A DNA stretch of 35,280 nucleotides from Candidatus Daviesbacteria bacterium (GCA_030648435.1 JAUSHE010000004.1:1-35280), one strand, 5' to 3'; shown: positions 16,483-25,750, counted from the stretch's first letter. Numbers and translations: made by a program. The notes: generated by a model from the sequence alone, not told the origin.

Positions 16483-17496
16483 ATGGATGCCCATCCGATC
16501 CCGCAAAATGTCACATCCTTCCAGTTTAAGCTGGTGGGAGATATGACTTTGAAACAGTTTTTATACTTGGCCATAGGAGTAGGCTTTGCCTATCTTTTAT
16601 TTGTCACAGTTTCTTCAAAGTATCCATTAATTACCTGGCCTATTATTATTATTTCCACTCTGTTGGGGGTGGCTTTTGCTTTTTTGCCTATTGGTTCAAG
16701 GCCACTGGACTACTGGCTGGCGGCATTTTTAAAAGCTGTTTATTCTCCAACTAAAAGAGTTTGGAAGAAAAACGGGAAAAATTATAAAGAAGATCCTTTG
16801 TTTGAGAGCCGCTTGGTGATGTACCTGGCCGGACAACAAACGCAGGTAACAGGCGACAGTTTGCAGGCGACAGCAGTACCCCAATCTCAACCAATAGCGC
16901 CTCTGCCCACACGGGAAGAATTGGGAAAAACGGTTGACCTGGCCAGACAGGCCCAACAACTGCAAATGAAGATTATCCAGACCGAGAGAACCTTATCCCA
17001 GATCAAAACCGAGGCCGAAAAACCGAATCCCATTCCCATAGACTATAGCCAACAGGCCAATGCAACTTTGGCTGATCTGCAAAGCCTGGTTAAGCAAGTA
17101 TCCGATGTTAAAACACAAATTCAGAAAGTACGAGAACCTATAAAAGAGCACGCTTCTGCTGCAACTTCTATCACGCACGAAAGAGTAAAAGTAATTGTGC
17201 CGACTAAACCAAGGCAAACCACAGTTGCCCTAACCACATTTCCAAATGTCATAAACGGCATTGTCAAAGATACTACAGGCAATTATTTGGAGGGGACTGT
17301 AGCCGTGATTTATGACAAAGAAGGTTTACCGGTTAGAGCTCTAAAATCCAATAAGCTGGGTCAGTTTACCGGCTCAACTCCCCTGCCAAACGGTACCTAC
17401 ACTCTGGAACTTGAGAAAGATAATTTTAGCTTTGATGTATTACAAATAGACTTGAACGGAGGAGTAATGTCTCCATTACTCATTGCAGCAAAATGA
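16483..17496 (+). CDS. prgI: PrgI-family (VirB3-like) protein with coiled coil and C-terminal carboxypeptidase-regulatory-like beta domain
   Basis: HPIPQNVTSFQFKLVGDMTLKQFLYL, two TM segments, RPLDYWL..P.KRVW; C-terminal INGIVKD..GQF..LPNGTYTLELEK. Confidence 0.85.
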   Translation: MDAHPIPQNVTSFQFKLVGDMTLKQFLYLAIGVGFAYLLFVTVSSKYPLITWPIIIISTLLGVAFAFLPIGSRPLDYWLAAFLKAVYSPTKRVWKKNGKNYKEDPLFESRLVMYLAGQQTQVTGDSLQATAVPQSQPIAPLPTREELGKTVDLARQAQQLQMKIIQTERTLSQIKTEAEKPNPIPIDYSQQANATLADLQSLVKQVSDVKTQIQKVREPIKEHASAATSITHERVKVIVPTKPRQTTVALTTFPNVINGIVKDTTGNYLEGTVAVIYDKEGLPVRALKSNKLGQFTGSTPLPNGTYTLELEKDNFSFDVLQIDLNGGVMSPLLIAAK

Positions 17497-18260
17497 GCAC
17501 AACACAAGAACATTTAGCTATTTCCGATATTCAAAACGACATATTGCTTCTTAAAAACGGCGGCGGGGCACTGGTGCTGTCTGTATCAGCTGTAAATTTT
17601 GGTTTACTCTCCGACAGGGAGCAAGTGGCAATCATCTCTGCTTTTGCGCAAATGCTAAATTCCCTGTCTTTTTCCATTCAGATAGTTATCATGTCGGAGA
17701 GACTTAACATCAGTTCGTATATTGCACTTTTAAATAATGCCCAGAAAGCCCAAACTAATCCCCTGCTTGCAAAAATGATCACCAACTATAAAGAATTTAT
17801 CCAGAAAACAGTTAAAGAAAATGAGGTGCTGGATAAAAAATTCTATATTGTCATTCCCCTGTTTGCGCTGGAGCTGGGACTGACCGCTTCAAAAGAACAT
17901 CTGGAACAAAAAATTAAAACCGTGCTAATGCCCAGAAGAGATCAGATCATCAGACAGCTGGGAAGGGTTGGCCTAAATGCAATTCAGTTAACCAAAAAGG
18001 AATTAATTGAACTATTCTATGACATATACAACGGAGCAGCGCTGGAAGAAAAACCAATAAGCGCACCAATAAATCCTTCCGAACTGACAGTCAGGCTGAA
18101 ACAACCTGAAGTCCGACTATCCACACCAGGGGAGTCTCCTTCGGCTCCGCTCAGGACAGGCAATCCCACCCCCGGTGTGTCTTCGCCTCCAATACAACAA
18201 GAACCAATCGTAACGCAAGGCGCGAGATCTCATCCTTTTGTGGTGGAGGAACTGGAATGA
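17493..18260 (+). CDS. TraC/VirB4 N-terminal-like accessory protein
   Basis: VLSVSAVNFGLLSDREQVAIISAFAQMLNSLSFSIQI..KKFYIVIP..ELIELFYDIYN; translationally coupled between prgI and virB4. Confidence 0.75.
   Translation: MSTTQEHLAISDIQNDILLLKNGGGALVLSVSAVNFGLLSDREQVAIISAFAQMLNSLSFSIQIVIMSERLNISSYIALLNNAQKAQTNPLLAKMITNYKEFIQKTVKENEVLDKKFYIVIPLFALELGLTASKEHLEQKIKTVLMPRRDQIIRQLGRVGLNAIQLTKKELIELFYDIYNGAALEEKPISAPINPSELTVRLKQPEVRLSTPGESPSAPLRTGNPTPGVSSPPIQQEPIVTQGARSHPFVVEELE
18121..18180. repeat. Composite hairpin with a REP-like core inside a CDS
   Basis: cacaccagggg..ccttcggctccgctcagg..cccccggtgtg. Confidence 0.7.
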
Positions 18261-20017
18261 AATTGCCAAACCTATTTAAAAAATCAAATACCCTGACAGA
18301 ACCGGTGGCTCCTCAATTGACCCTCGGGGATGCAATAGCTCCTTCGGAAATTGAGGTAGATTTTAATTTTTTGCGGGTTGATGATCATTTTTTCAGAACA
18401 TATTTTGTGTCAGACTATCCCAGATTTGTCGATCCAAACTGGCTGGAACCGCTTATTTCTTTTGATCATCCATTACTCATTTCCATGTTTATTTATCCTT
18501 CACAGTCTCAGGGGGTTTTGGATGAATTAAAACGCAAAATCGCAGAAATGGAAGCCACCCTGCAAACGGATATGGAAAGAGGCCATGTTATTGACCCTGC
18601 TGTTGAAGTAGCACTGGAGGATGCCCAAACTTTGCAGGCACAACTTGTTAGGGGAGTTGAGAGATTTTTCCAGTTTGCCCTATATGTCAATATTCCTTCG
18701 TCGTCTTTGGAGGAACTTCATAACACTTCCAAGCTTGTTGAATCAACTCTGGCATCCTTATCTATTACTGCCAGACAAACAACACTACAGATGGAAGACG
18801 GATTTAAATCGGCGCTGCCTCAGGGTACAGACTTGCTGAACCTAACCCACAACATGGATACTACGTCCCTTGCTACTACTTTTCCTTTTGCCTCATCCGA
18901 ACTGACCGCTAATGAAGGCATCATGTACGGAATCAACGAACACAACGACTCGCTGATTTTATTTGACAGGTTTACTCTGGAAAATGCCAATTCTGTAATT
19001 TTTGCCAAAGCCGGAGCCGGTAAATCCTATCTTGTTAAATTGGAGGCTTTGCGTTCATTAATGTTTGGAACAGAAATTATAGTCATTGACCCTGAGCAGG
19101 AATATTTACCGCTCTGTCAGGCAGTAGGGGGAGAATATATTAATTTTTCCGCTTCCTCGCCTGTCAAGATCAACCCTTTTGATATGTCAGGTGAGGTTAT
19201 TCCCGGAGAAAATGAGCTGGGACGGAAAATCCTGTCATTAACCAGTTTTCTGCGGATTGTTCTGGGTAACTTAAACGCCCAGGAAAATGCAGTTTTGGAC
19301 CGCGCCTTAAAACAAACCTACCAAATAAAAGGCATTACAGATGATCCAAAAACCCAAAGCTTGACCCCGCCATTGATGGAAGACTTGTATAAGGTTTTAA
19401 TTGGTATGGAGGAGGGACCGGCTATGGAGCTGGCTGCCAGACTGGAGAGATTTATCAAAGGTTCGCTGACAGGTATTTTTTCCTCGCAATCCAATATTGA
19501 TTTATCAAATTCCTTTACCGTTTTCTCTGTACGGGATCTGCCCGATCAACTGCGGCCCCTGGCTATCCATATGATATTGGATTATGTTTGGACCAAAATC
19601 AGGGGCCACTTAAAAAAACGGATTCTGATTGTTGATGAGGCCTGGTATTTAATGCGGAATCAGGATTCGGCAGATTTTTTGGTGGATATTGCCAAAAGGT
19701 CCAGAAAATATTATCTGGGACTGACCACAATTACTCAGGATATTGAAGACTTTCTCTCTACAGAACGGGGCAAAGAGATTATTTCCAATTCATCAATCCA
19801 AATCCTGCTAAAACAAGCTCCGGCTTCTATCGACCTATTGTCCCGCGTATTTAATCTATCAGAAGGAGAGCAAAGACTGCTGATGTCGGAAGGAATAGGG
19901 GAAGGGATATTTTTTGCCGGCAGCACCCATGTGGCAATCAGAGTAGTTGCTTCGGAGGAAGAACATAATTTAATCACTACTAATCCTGCTGAAATACTGG
20001 CGAGACAGGGCGTTTAG
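18257..20017 (+). CDS. virB4: VirB4/TraC-like T4SS ATPase
   Basis: Walker A AKAGAGKS, VIDPEQEY, INPFD, Walker B ILIVDEAW, KRSRKY..ITQDIEDF. Confidence 0.95.
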   Translation: MKLPNLFKKSNTLTEPVAPQLTLGDAIAPSEIEVDFNFLRVDDHFFRTYFVSDYPRFVDPNWLEPLISFDHPLLISMFIYPSQSQGVLDELKRKIAEMEATLQTDMERGHVIDPAVEVALEDAQTLQAQLVRGVERFFQFALYVNIPSSSLEELHNTSKLVESTLASLSITARQTTLQMEDGFKSALPQGTDLLNLTHNMDTTSLATTFPFASSELTANEGIMYGINEHNDSLILFDRFTLENANSVIFAKAGAGKSYLVKLEALRSLMFGTEIIVIDPEQEYLPLCQAVGGEYINFSASSPVKINPFDMSGEVIPGENELGRKILSLTSFLRIVLGNLNAQENAVLDRALKQTYQIKGITDDPKTQSLTPPLMEDLYKVLIGMEEGPAMELAARLERFIKGSLTGIFSSQSNIDLSNSFTVFSVRDLPDQLRPLAIHMILDYVWTKIRGHLKKRILIVDEAWYLMRNQDSADFLVDIAKRSRKYYLGLTTITQDIEDFLSTERGKEIISNSSIQILLKQAPASIDLLSRVFNLSEGEQRLLMSEGIGEGIFFAGSTHVAIRVVASEEEHNLITTNPAEILARQGV

Positions 20018-20032
20018 TGATACCTTTATCTT

Positions 20033-22060
20033 ATGGCACAATTTTTAATGTCAAGATTTTTAAGCCAGGCGCTTGAATGGAAAGACAGATTCCCCGCTGC
20101 TAAAGTTTATGCGGGCTTAAAATTCGAGCCTTTTATTTATACAAAAGCCCGACTGACTTTCCCGGACTACAGCAGACTATATCCTGATAATAAAGAATTT
20201 ACCCAAAAATTTGCCAGAGACTTAAGAAATAAAAACGAGCAGCTGTTAAAAATAATCAATCCCGAGGCGGTTACTTGGGAGCATACTGCCGCGAACAAAC
20301 AGTTTGAAGAAGAAGTGAATCTGGAACAACAAAATGTTGCCATGGCAACCGGACAATCCCCAGCCCAACAATTTTCTTTAATTGCGCCTCCGCCACCGGT
20401 AATCAGTCAAACCGGGCAACCTGCGCCTGAAACAGAAGTACCTCAAGATCCCGCCCAGGCTCAACCGCAAACAGAGCCGGCTCCGATTCAATCGGAGCCA
20501 ACAGTCAGCCAACCTTCATTCCAAGCTCCCGGGCTCCCGGCATCTTTTGTTAACACATCAAAAAATGTTGGTTCTAATGCACAAATATTTACCAAAAAAA
20601 ATCTTGGCAGATTAGGCAATGGTTTAAAAAATATGTTTGGAAACGCTGCAAATCTTGGAGGAAGAGCCGGACTGGGAGCTATAAACCATGGAGGAAATTT
20701 TTTAAGCAATCTTTCCAATAGTAGGTTAGGACTCTCAAACAGTCTTGGGCAAGCCAGATCAAATCTATTATCAAAAGGGGGCGGGAAAAAAGCAGCTTTA
20801 ATCTTTGCCGGAGTTTTTTTTCTGATATTTTTTATGGGAGCAGTCGGCGGATTACCGGGAACCACCCCCACCGACGAGGCTTCGCCAAGTTTGCCTGGAG
20901 CTGGAGCCAGTGATATTACTAGCTGTAAATTTACCAGAGGTCAGGAGAATCCCAAAGAAGCCAGCTTTAAAAGCAATCAACTTCTGTCATATATACAAGA
21001 AGCGTCTCAAAAATCAAACATTCCTCCGGTAGTGCTGGCAGCCTTTATCAGGGTAGAATCTCCATCCTCATCCAATAAGTCAGATGCAGAAATTGCTAAT
21101 TATTCTGCTACTTGCGCACAAAGCTCTACAGGAGCACTGGGAATTATGCAAATTCAACCTCCAGGCACAACTTCTGCGAAAGGAGACCCGGCAAGCTGCG
21201 ACGATTGTATCGACGCAGGAGCAAAGCTCGTTGGTAAAAACGTCTCTACTCTGACCACGGCAGATTACTGTGACCCAAGAACATCTATTATTGTTGGTGC
21301 CGGATGGATTTTAAAGAAAATGAGTAAATTGGGTTATGGCGATGGCACAAAATGGGATCCAGCATGGACAAATAACAAAACAGCTATTGAAGCCCTGGTG
21401 AATACTTATTATGGATGCTTACAGTATGGAGGAGCCACAGATTGTACAGGTCCTTATAACTATGCAGATGATGTTTTAACCAGTATTCAAAACTGCCAAG
21501 CTACAGGCAGTGCAATTGGTGTTAGCGGTTGTCCTGCTGTAGGCAAAATTTCTACTCCTTATGGTTTTAATATTCCAGGTTACCCTGAAGGTGTAAAAAA
21601 TGATGATTGTGGTAATTTACTTCTCTGTCATAATGGTATTGATATTGCTGCACCAGAGGGAACCCAAGTTAAATCGCCTATGGAAGGTGATATAACAATC
21701 GTAGGACAATCTAATGCCAGAGGGCGATATATAGAAATTGATAATAAAACCTCTGACTTGGCAGTTACTCTAGAACACCTACAAACAGTCACAGTTAAGC
21801 TAGGTGACCATGTTTCACGAAACTTCCCTGTGGGTACAATGGGTTCTGGAGGGGAAGGAGTAACTGGCTCTCATGTCCACTATAAAATTACCAAACCTAT
21901 AATAGGTGGGGCGCCAATAAACCCGCTTCCTACCCTAGGTTCTGCCTTAACAGATCAAGACCCAGCCTTGAAATTATCCGACCAAATAAGTCAAAATGAT
22001 TACGGTCTCGTAAAACCAAGTAGCGGCAGTAATGATAATTGGGGAAAGTGCAGCCAATGA
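20033..22060 (+). CDS. Membrane-anchored bifunctional peptidoglycan hydrolase: SLT/lysozyme-like + M23 peptidase (VirB1-like)
   Basis: TM KKAALIFAGVFFLIFFMG; SLT motifs LAAFIRVES and SSTGALGIMQI; M23 motifs HNGID, EHL, GSHVHY. Confidence 0.9.
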   Translation: MAQFLMSRFLSQALEWKDRFPAAKVYAGLKFEPFIYTKARLTFPDYSRLYPDNKEFTQKFARDLRNKNEQLLKIINPEAVTWEHTAANKQFEEEVNLEQQNVAMATGQSPAQQFSLIAPPPPVISQTGQPAPETEVPQDPAQAQPQTEPAPIQSEPTVSQPSFQAPGLPASFVNTSKNVGSNAQIFTKKNLGRLGNGLKNMFGNAANLGGRAGLGAINHGGNFLSNLSNSRLGLSNSLGQARSNLLSKGGGKKAALIFAGVFFLIFFMGAVGGLPGTTPTDEASPSLPGAGASDITSCKFTRGQENPKEASFKSNQLLSYIQEASQKSNIPPVVLAAFIRVESPSSSNKSDAEIANYSATCAQSSTGALGIMQIQPPGTTSAKGDPASCDDCIDAGAKLVGKNVSTLTTADYCDPRTSIIVGAGWILKKMSKLGYGDGTKWDPAWTNNKTAIEALVNTYYGCLQYGGATDCTGPYNYADDVLTSIQNCQATGSAIGVSGCPAVGKISTPYGFNIPGYPEGVKNDDCGNLLLCHNGIDIAAPEGTQVKSPMEGDITIVGQSNARGRYIEIDNKTSDLAVTLEHLQTVTVKLGDHVSRNFPVGTMGSGGEGVTGSHVHYKITKPIIGGAPINPLPTLGSALTDQDPALKLSDQISQNDYGLVKPSSGSNDNWGKCSQ

Positions 22061-22512
22061 AACTACCTAAAATTATAGTAATTTTATTTTTAGCAGCCTT
22101 AGGAATTGGTTTATTTTTTGCTTTTAAAAAAGGAGTTTCCACTGAGCCTATCCAGCCGCAAGTCCAAAGTAGTCCGGCTCCTGTAGACCCGAATGGCCCT
22201 CCCAAGATAGTTTCCACCAAGCCTGATCCTTTAGATGAAAATATTGTTTCTGCTTCTGAAATTGTAGAAATTACCTTTAACAGGCCTTTGGAAAATGTGG
22301 GGGAATTTAAAAGCAGGATTGAACCAAAAATAGACTACAAAGTTGAATTATCAGGAGATAGAAAAACTGCCAGAATTATCCCTATAAAACCATACAGCTT
22401 AGGCACAACCTACACCTTATATATCGGACCTGACTCTAAATTTGACGGCATAGGAGAATGGCGGGAAGATAAAACATTTCATTTCAAAACAATCACTTAC
22501 AGAGGAGTCTAG
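22057..22512 (+). CDS. Membrane-anchored Ig-like (Big_5-type) protein
   Basis: N-terminal TM; PKIVSTKP..EITFNRPL..YSLGTTYTLYI..TFHFKT; ATGA overlap with the previous gene. Confidence 0.75.
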   Translation: MKLPKIIVILFLAALGIGLFFAFKKGVSTEPIQPQVQSSPAPVDPNGPPKIVSTKPDPLDENIVSASEIVEITFNRPLENVGEFKSRIEPKIDYKVELSGDRKTARIIPIKPYSLGTTYTLYIGPDSKFDGIGEWREDKTFHFKTITYRGV

Positions 22513-22532
22513 TCCTTCGACTTCGCTCAGGA
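22513..22532. repeat. REP-like hairpin between convergent genes
   Basis: tccttcgacttcgctcagga. Confidence 0.75.
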
Positions 22533-22543
22533 TTTCGCTACGC

Positions 22544-23644
22544 TCAACTTAATCTCACGGGCATGACAATATACTGCAAGCCCAAAAGTCCGACAGGTTT
22601 AATTAAAACAGCAGACAGTGCTCCGGAAAATTCAATCATGATTTGCGGCGTTGGACAATTCGATACGGCATCCAGAATAAATTTGGTATTAAAGGCAATA
22701 GTCAACTCTTCTCCCTCCACTCCCCCTTCCACTTCATTTTCCTGACTGCCGACTTCTTTGGTGTGGGATTCCAGTTTTAATACGCCTTTTTGAGTCGTAA
22801 AAACAACAATATTTGCTTCGTTTTTGGCAAAGATGGCAGCAAGTTTAATGGCTTTTAACAGTTCTTCTTTTGCAACAACTGCTTTACCGACGATTTTTTG
22901 AGGTATGATTCTTCCCCAGGCAGGAAATTGACCCTCAATCAGTCTTGAAGAAACATGAGTGTTGCCTAAAGCAAAAACAACCTGATTCTGATTCGCTGAT
23001 GAAGCAATTTTAACCTCATCAACATCTTCTTCCGCAATAAGCCGCAATACCTCCTCAAAAGTCCGCTTGGGAATCAGGCTTTTAAAGCCGGGTGTGCCTT
23101 TTGGTAGCTCCAGTTGGCGGTGGGCCAACCTAAAGCCGTCTGTAGCCACAAAATCCAGCTTGCCTCCGGAGACTTCTGTAAATATGCCGGTCAAAATAGG
23201 CCTACCTTCATCAACTGCCGATGCAAATAAAATCTGGGAAGAAGTTAGAAATGTCTCTTTCGGGAAACTCACTCCTACATCAGAGAAGAGTGGAATAACC
23301 GGAAATTCAGAAGCCGAAATACCATTGATGCTGGCTTTCAATTTTCCGGATGAAACTGTTAAAACTTCGTTCTGAGACTCAAGGGTTATCCTGTCCGGAC
23401 CAAGACCGGAAATTAACTCCACCAATGTTTTAGCGGGCACTGTAAGCGCTCCCTGTTCTTCAGCTTCCACGGTAACATATTTAATAACCCCGATTTCCAG
23501 GTTAGTCGCGGCAATTTTTAATCTCTTTTCCTCTACGGATAAGAGTATATTATCCAAAACAGGCAGGGTGGACCTAACGCCAACCGATCTGGCAACTGCC
23601 GAAAGAGGCGGCAGTAAGTCCTGTTGCAAAATGTTGAACTTCAT
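22544..23644 (-). CDS. dnaN: DNA polymerase III beta clamp
   Basis: ATNLEIG, VATDGFRLA, SRLIEGQFP, C-terminal VMPVRL; 366 aa. Confidence 0.98.
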   Translation of the reverse strand: MKFNILQQDLLPPLSAVARSVGVRSTLPVLDNILLSVEEKRLKIAATNLEIGVIKYVTVEAEEQGALTVPAKTLVELISGLGPDRITLESQNEVLTVSSGKLKASINGISASEFPVIPLFSDVGVSFPKETFLTSSQILFASAVDEGRPILTGIFTEVSGGKLDFVATDGFRLAHRQLELPKGTPGFKSLIPKRTFEEVLRLIAEEDVDEVKIASSANQNQVVFALGNTHVSSRLIEGQFPAWGRIIPQKIVGKAVVAKEELLKAIKLAAIFAKNEANIVVFTTQKGVLKLESHTKEVGSQENEVEGGVEGEELTIAFNTKFILDAVSNCPTPQIMIEFSGALSAVLIKPVGLLGLQYIVMPVRLS

Positions 23645-23651
23645 AAAAAAG

Positions 23652-24107
23652 CTATTCGTCTCCTTTCCGGGCAGTTACAAACCTGTGAATTTCATCCTCG
23701 GTCACTTTAATTAATCTAAAATTAACTAAACCCCTCCCAATAAGGTTTTTAATGTGTTTTTCCTCATCTGTCAAGAGGGCAGCATTACCTGATTTCACTT
23801 CGATAAAGTCAATCCGTTCATTATTTTTAATACCGATAAAATCAATCGGCCAGCCTAATGGAATAATCCGGTCATAATCATAGCGCAGTTCTGCGTAAGT
23901 TAACAGCTCCGCCATTTTACCTTTATGCGGATTAATCGATCCCTGAATGGTTTGAAGTACTCTTGAGGGTAGGTCTTGAACCCCTTTGTATAAATCAATC
24001 AGATCGGTGGGAATATCAGCAGATTTTTTATTATGCAGTCTGCCAAACAAATAAGCTATTAAAATAAGCAAAATTATAATGGCAATTATCCACCAGTTTA
24101 TAAGCAT
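23652..24107 (-). CDS. Membrane-anchored PD-(D/E)xK nuclease related to archaeal Holliday junction resolvases
   Basis: N-terminal TM; KGKMAE..LGWPIDFIG..FIEVKSG..LTDEEKHIK. Confidence 0.8.
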   Translation of the reverse strand: MLINWWIIAIIILLILIAYLFGRLHNKKSADIPTDLIDLYKGVQDLPSRVLQTIQGSINPHKGKMAELLTYAELRYDYDRIIPLGWPIDFIGIKNNERIDFIEVKSGNAALLTDEEKHIKNLIGRGLVNFRLIKVTEDEIHRFVTARKGDE

Positions 24108-24179
24108 AGCTTGAAAATGTTTCGTTCGAAAGCTAGGCTTTCAAACTTGATTTATAAACATTCCTGTAGATTATACAAT

Positions 24180-24328
24180 AATTATATATAATAGTAGTAT
24201 TATTAATAGGTGTGGTGGATTTGTTGGTAAGAACTAAAATTGAATTTACTTTTTGGTTAATTTTCGTGTTGAAGTGATGTTTAAAAGTAGTGGATAAGTT
24301 GTGGATAACCTGACTTCTATGTGGATAT
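24180..24328. promoter_or_regulatory. oriC: AT-rich tract, DnaA-trios and DnaA boxes
   Basis: TAA TAG TAG TAT TAT TAA TAG (24189-24209), GGTGGATTT/TGTTGGTAA (24214-24230), AGTGGATAA (24289), perfect TGTGGATAA (24300-24308), TGTGGATAT (24320); lies downstream of dnaA. Confidence 0.85.
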
Positions 24329-25636
24329 CTTTTGTTTTACCTCAATCAATAATCTTTGTGTTTCTTTGTCTGAAATAATGAGATTCTTAATTCTGTCTCT
24401 GCCGTGCATAACGGTGGTGTGATCCCTCCCTCCTAAAACCTCGCCTATCCGTTCAACTGTTAAGTTAAGTTCTTCGGAAAGCAGATACATGGTAATATGG
24501 CGGGGTAAAACAAGTTCTTTTTGTCTTTTGGGGCCGGTCAAATCTTTGAGCGAGATATTAAAAAAACTGCAAATTACGGATAAGACATGTTTATGGTCTA
24601 AGCCGTTGGTTTTTTTTAAGGGTTGGTTTAAGAATCCGGTTAAATTTTCCGGAGTCGGTGCCAGGTTGCGGGTTTTGAGGCTTTGGATGATTTGAGTAAG
24701 TTTACCCTCCAACTCCCGGATATTGGAATCCAGGGAGGAGGCGATCAGTTTAAGTGAATCCTCCGGCAGAATAAGTCCCTGTTCAACGCATTTGGCCCGC
24801 AGGATTGCTACTCTGGTATCAAAGTCAGGTGATTGAATATCCAACATCAGTCCTCCTGCAAACCGGCTTTTTAAACGGTCTTCCAGCTTGGCAATTTCCT
24901 GAGGAGCCCTGTCTGAAGTTAAAACCATTTGGGAATTTTTGGACTGCAGTTCATTAAAAGTATGAAAAAATTCCTCTTGTGTCCCTTCCCTGCCGGAGAA
25001 GAACTGGATATCATCAACCAGGAGAATATTTGCTGATCTGTATTTTGTCCGGAAGCTGCCCATTTTGTGCTCCTGTATGGCTGAGACATAATCATTCATA
25101 AATTTATCAGAGGAGCAGTAAATAATTTTCAAATGATTCTTTTTGGCAAGCAGGGCATTGCCGATACCCAACATAAGATGGGTCTTCCCCACCCCTGTTC
25201 CGCCGTATAAAAAGAGCGGGTTGTAACTAATGCCCGGGTTTTGCACAACAGCTTGCGCTGCGGCAAAAGCGACATTATTGGAAGGTCCGACTACAAAATT
25301 TTCCAAAGTATATTTGGGATTTAAGATTGCTGAATGGTTTTGAATAGGCTGGAAAAAATCTTCCCCCCTTTCTATCTCCGGTTCAGCTGCGCCTTCTTTG
25401 ACAATAAATTCAACTGTGACCTTCTTTTTTAAAAGATCAGTAAAGATTTGTTCGATGATGGGCAGATAATTTTGGGTGAGGGTGGCTTTGGCAAAGGCAT
25501 GAGGAGTGGCGATCGTGATTTTATCTTCCGCAATGGATTTTAATGTACTGATCCTTAGAAAGCCTTTAAAATTGGATATACCTATGAGAGGCTTAGCTGT
25601 TTCAAGAAATTTGTGCCATAAGCGTAGGTTGTCCAT
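24317..25636 (-). CDS. dnaA: Chromosomal replication initiator DnaA
   Basis: YNPLFLYGGTGVGKTHL, LLVDDIQF, QEEFFHTFN, GGRDHTTVMH. Confidence 0.99.
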   Translation of the reverse strand: MDNLRLWHKFLETAKPLIGISNFKGFLRISTLKSIAEDKITIATPHAFAKATLTQNYLPIIEQIFTDLLKKKVTVEFIVKEGAAEPEIERGEDFFQPIQNHSAILNPKYTLENFVVGPSNNVAFAAAQAVVQNPGISYNPLFLYGGTGVGKTHLMLGIGNALLAKKNHLKIIYCSSDKFMNDYVSAIQEHKMGSFRTKYRSANILLVDDIQFFSGREGTQEEFFHTFNELQSKNSQMVLTSDRAPQEIAKLEDRLKSRFAGGLMLDIQSPDFDTRVAILRAKCVEQGLILPEDSLKLIASSLDSNIRELEGKLTQIIQSLKTRNLAPTPENLTGFLNQPLKKTNGLDHKHVLSVICSFFNISLKDLTGPKRQKELVLPRHITMYLLSEELNLTVERIGEVLGGRDHTTVMHGRDRIKNLIISDKETQRLLIEVKQKIST

Positions 25637-25664
25637 TTTTTGTTAAATTAATCATCGGCAGAAG

Positions 25665-25673
25665 TTATCCACA
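25665..25673 (+). promoter_or_regulatory. DnaA box upstream of dnaA
   Basis: Perfect TTATCCACA. Confidence 0.85.
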
Positions 25674-25750
25674 ATTTAATCTACTCGCCTCAAGCTTGCA
25701 ATATAGAGGAACTATTAAAAACTAGATCAAGTTATGGTATACTTTTCTTT

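Noticed and set aside
2529-22512. T4SS region as an integrative conjugative element
   Set aside because: No relaxase, coupling protein, integrase or att/tRNA boundary visible in the window; cannot be fully excluded beyond the left edge.
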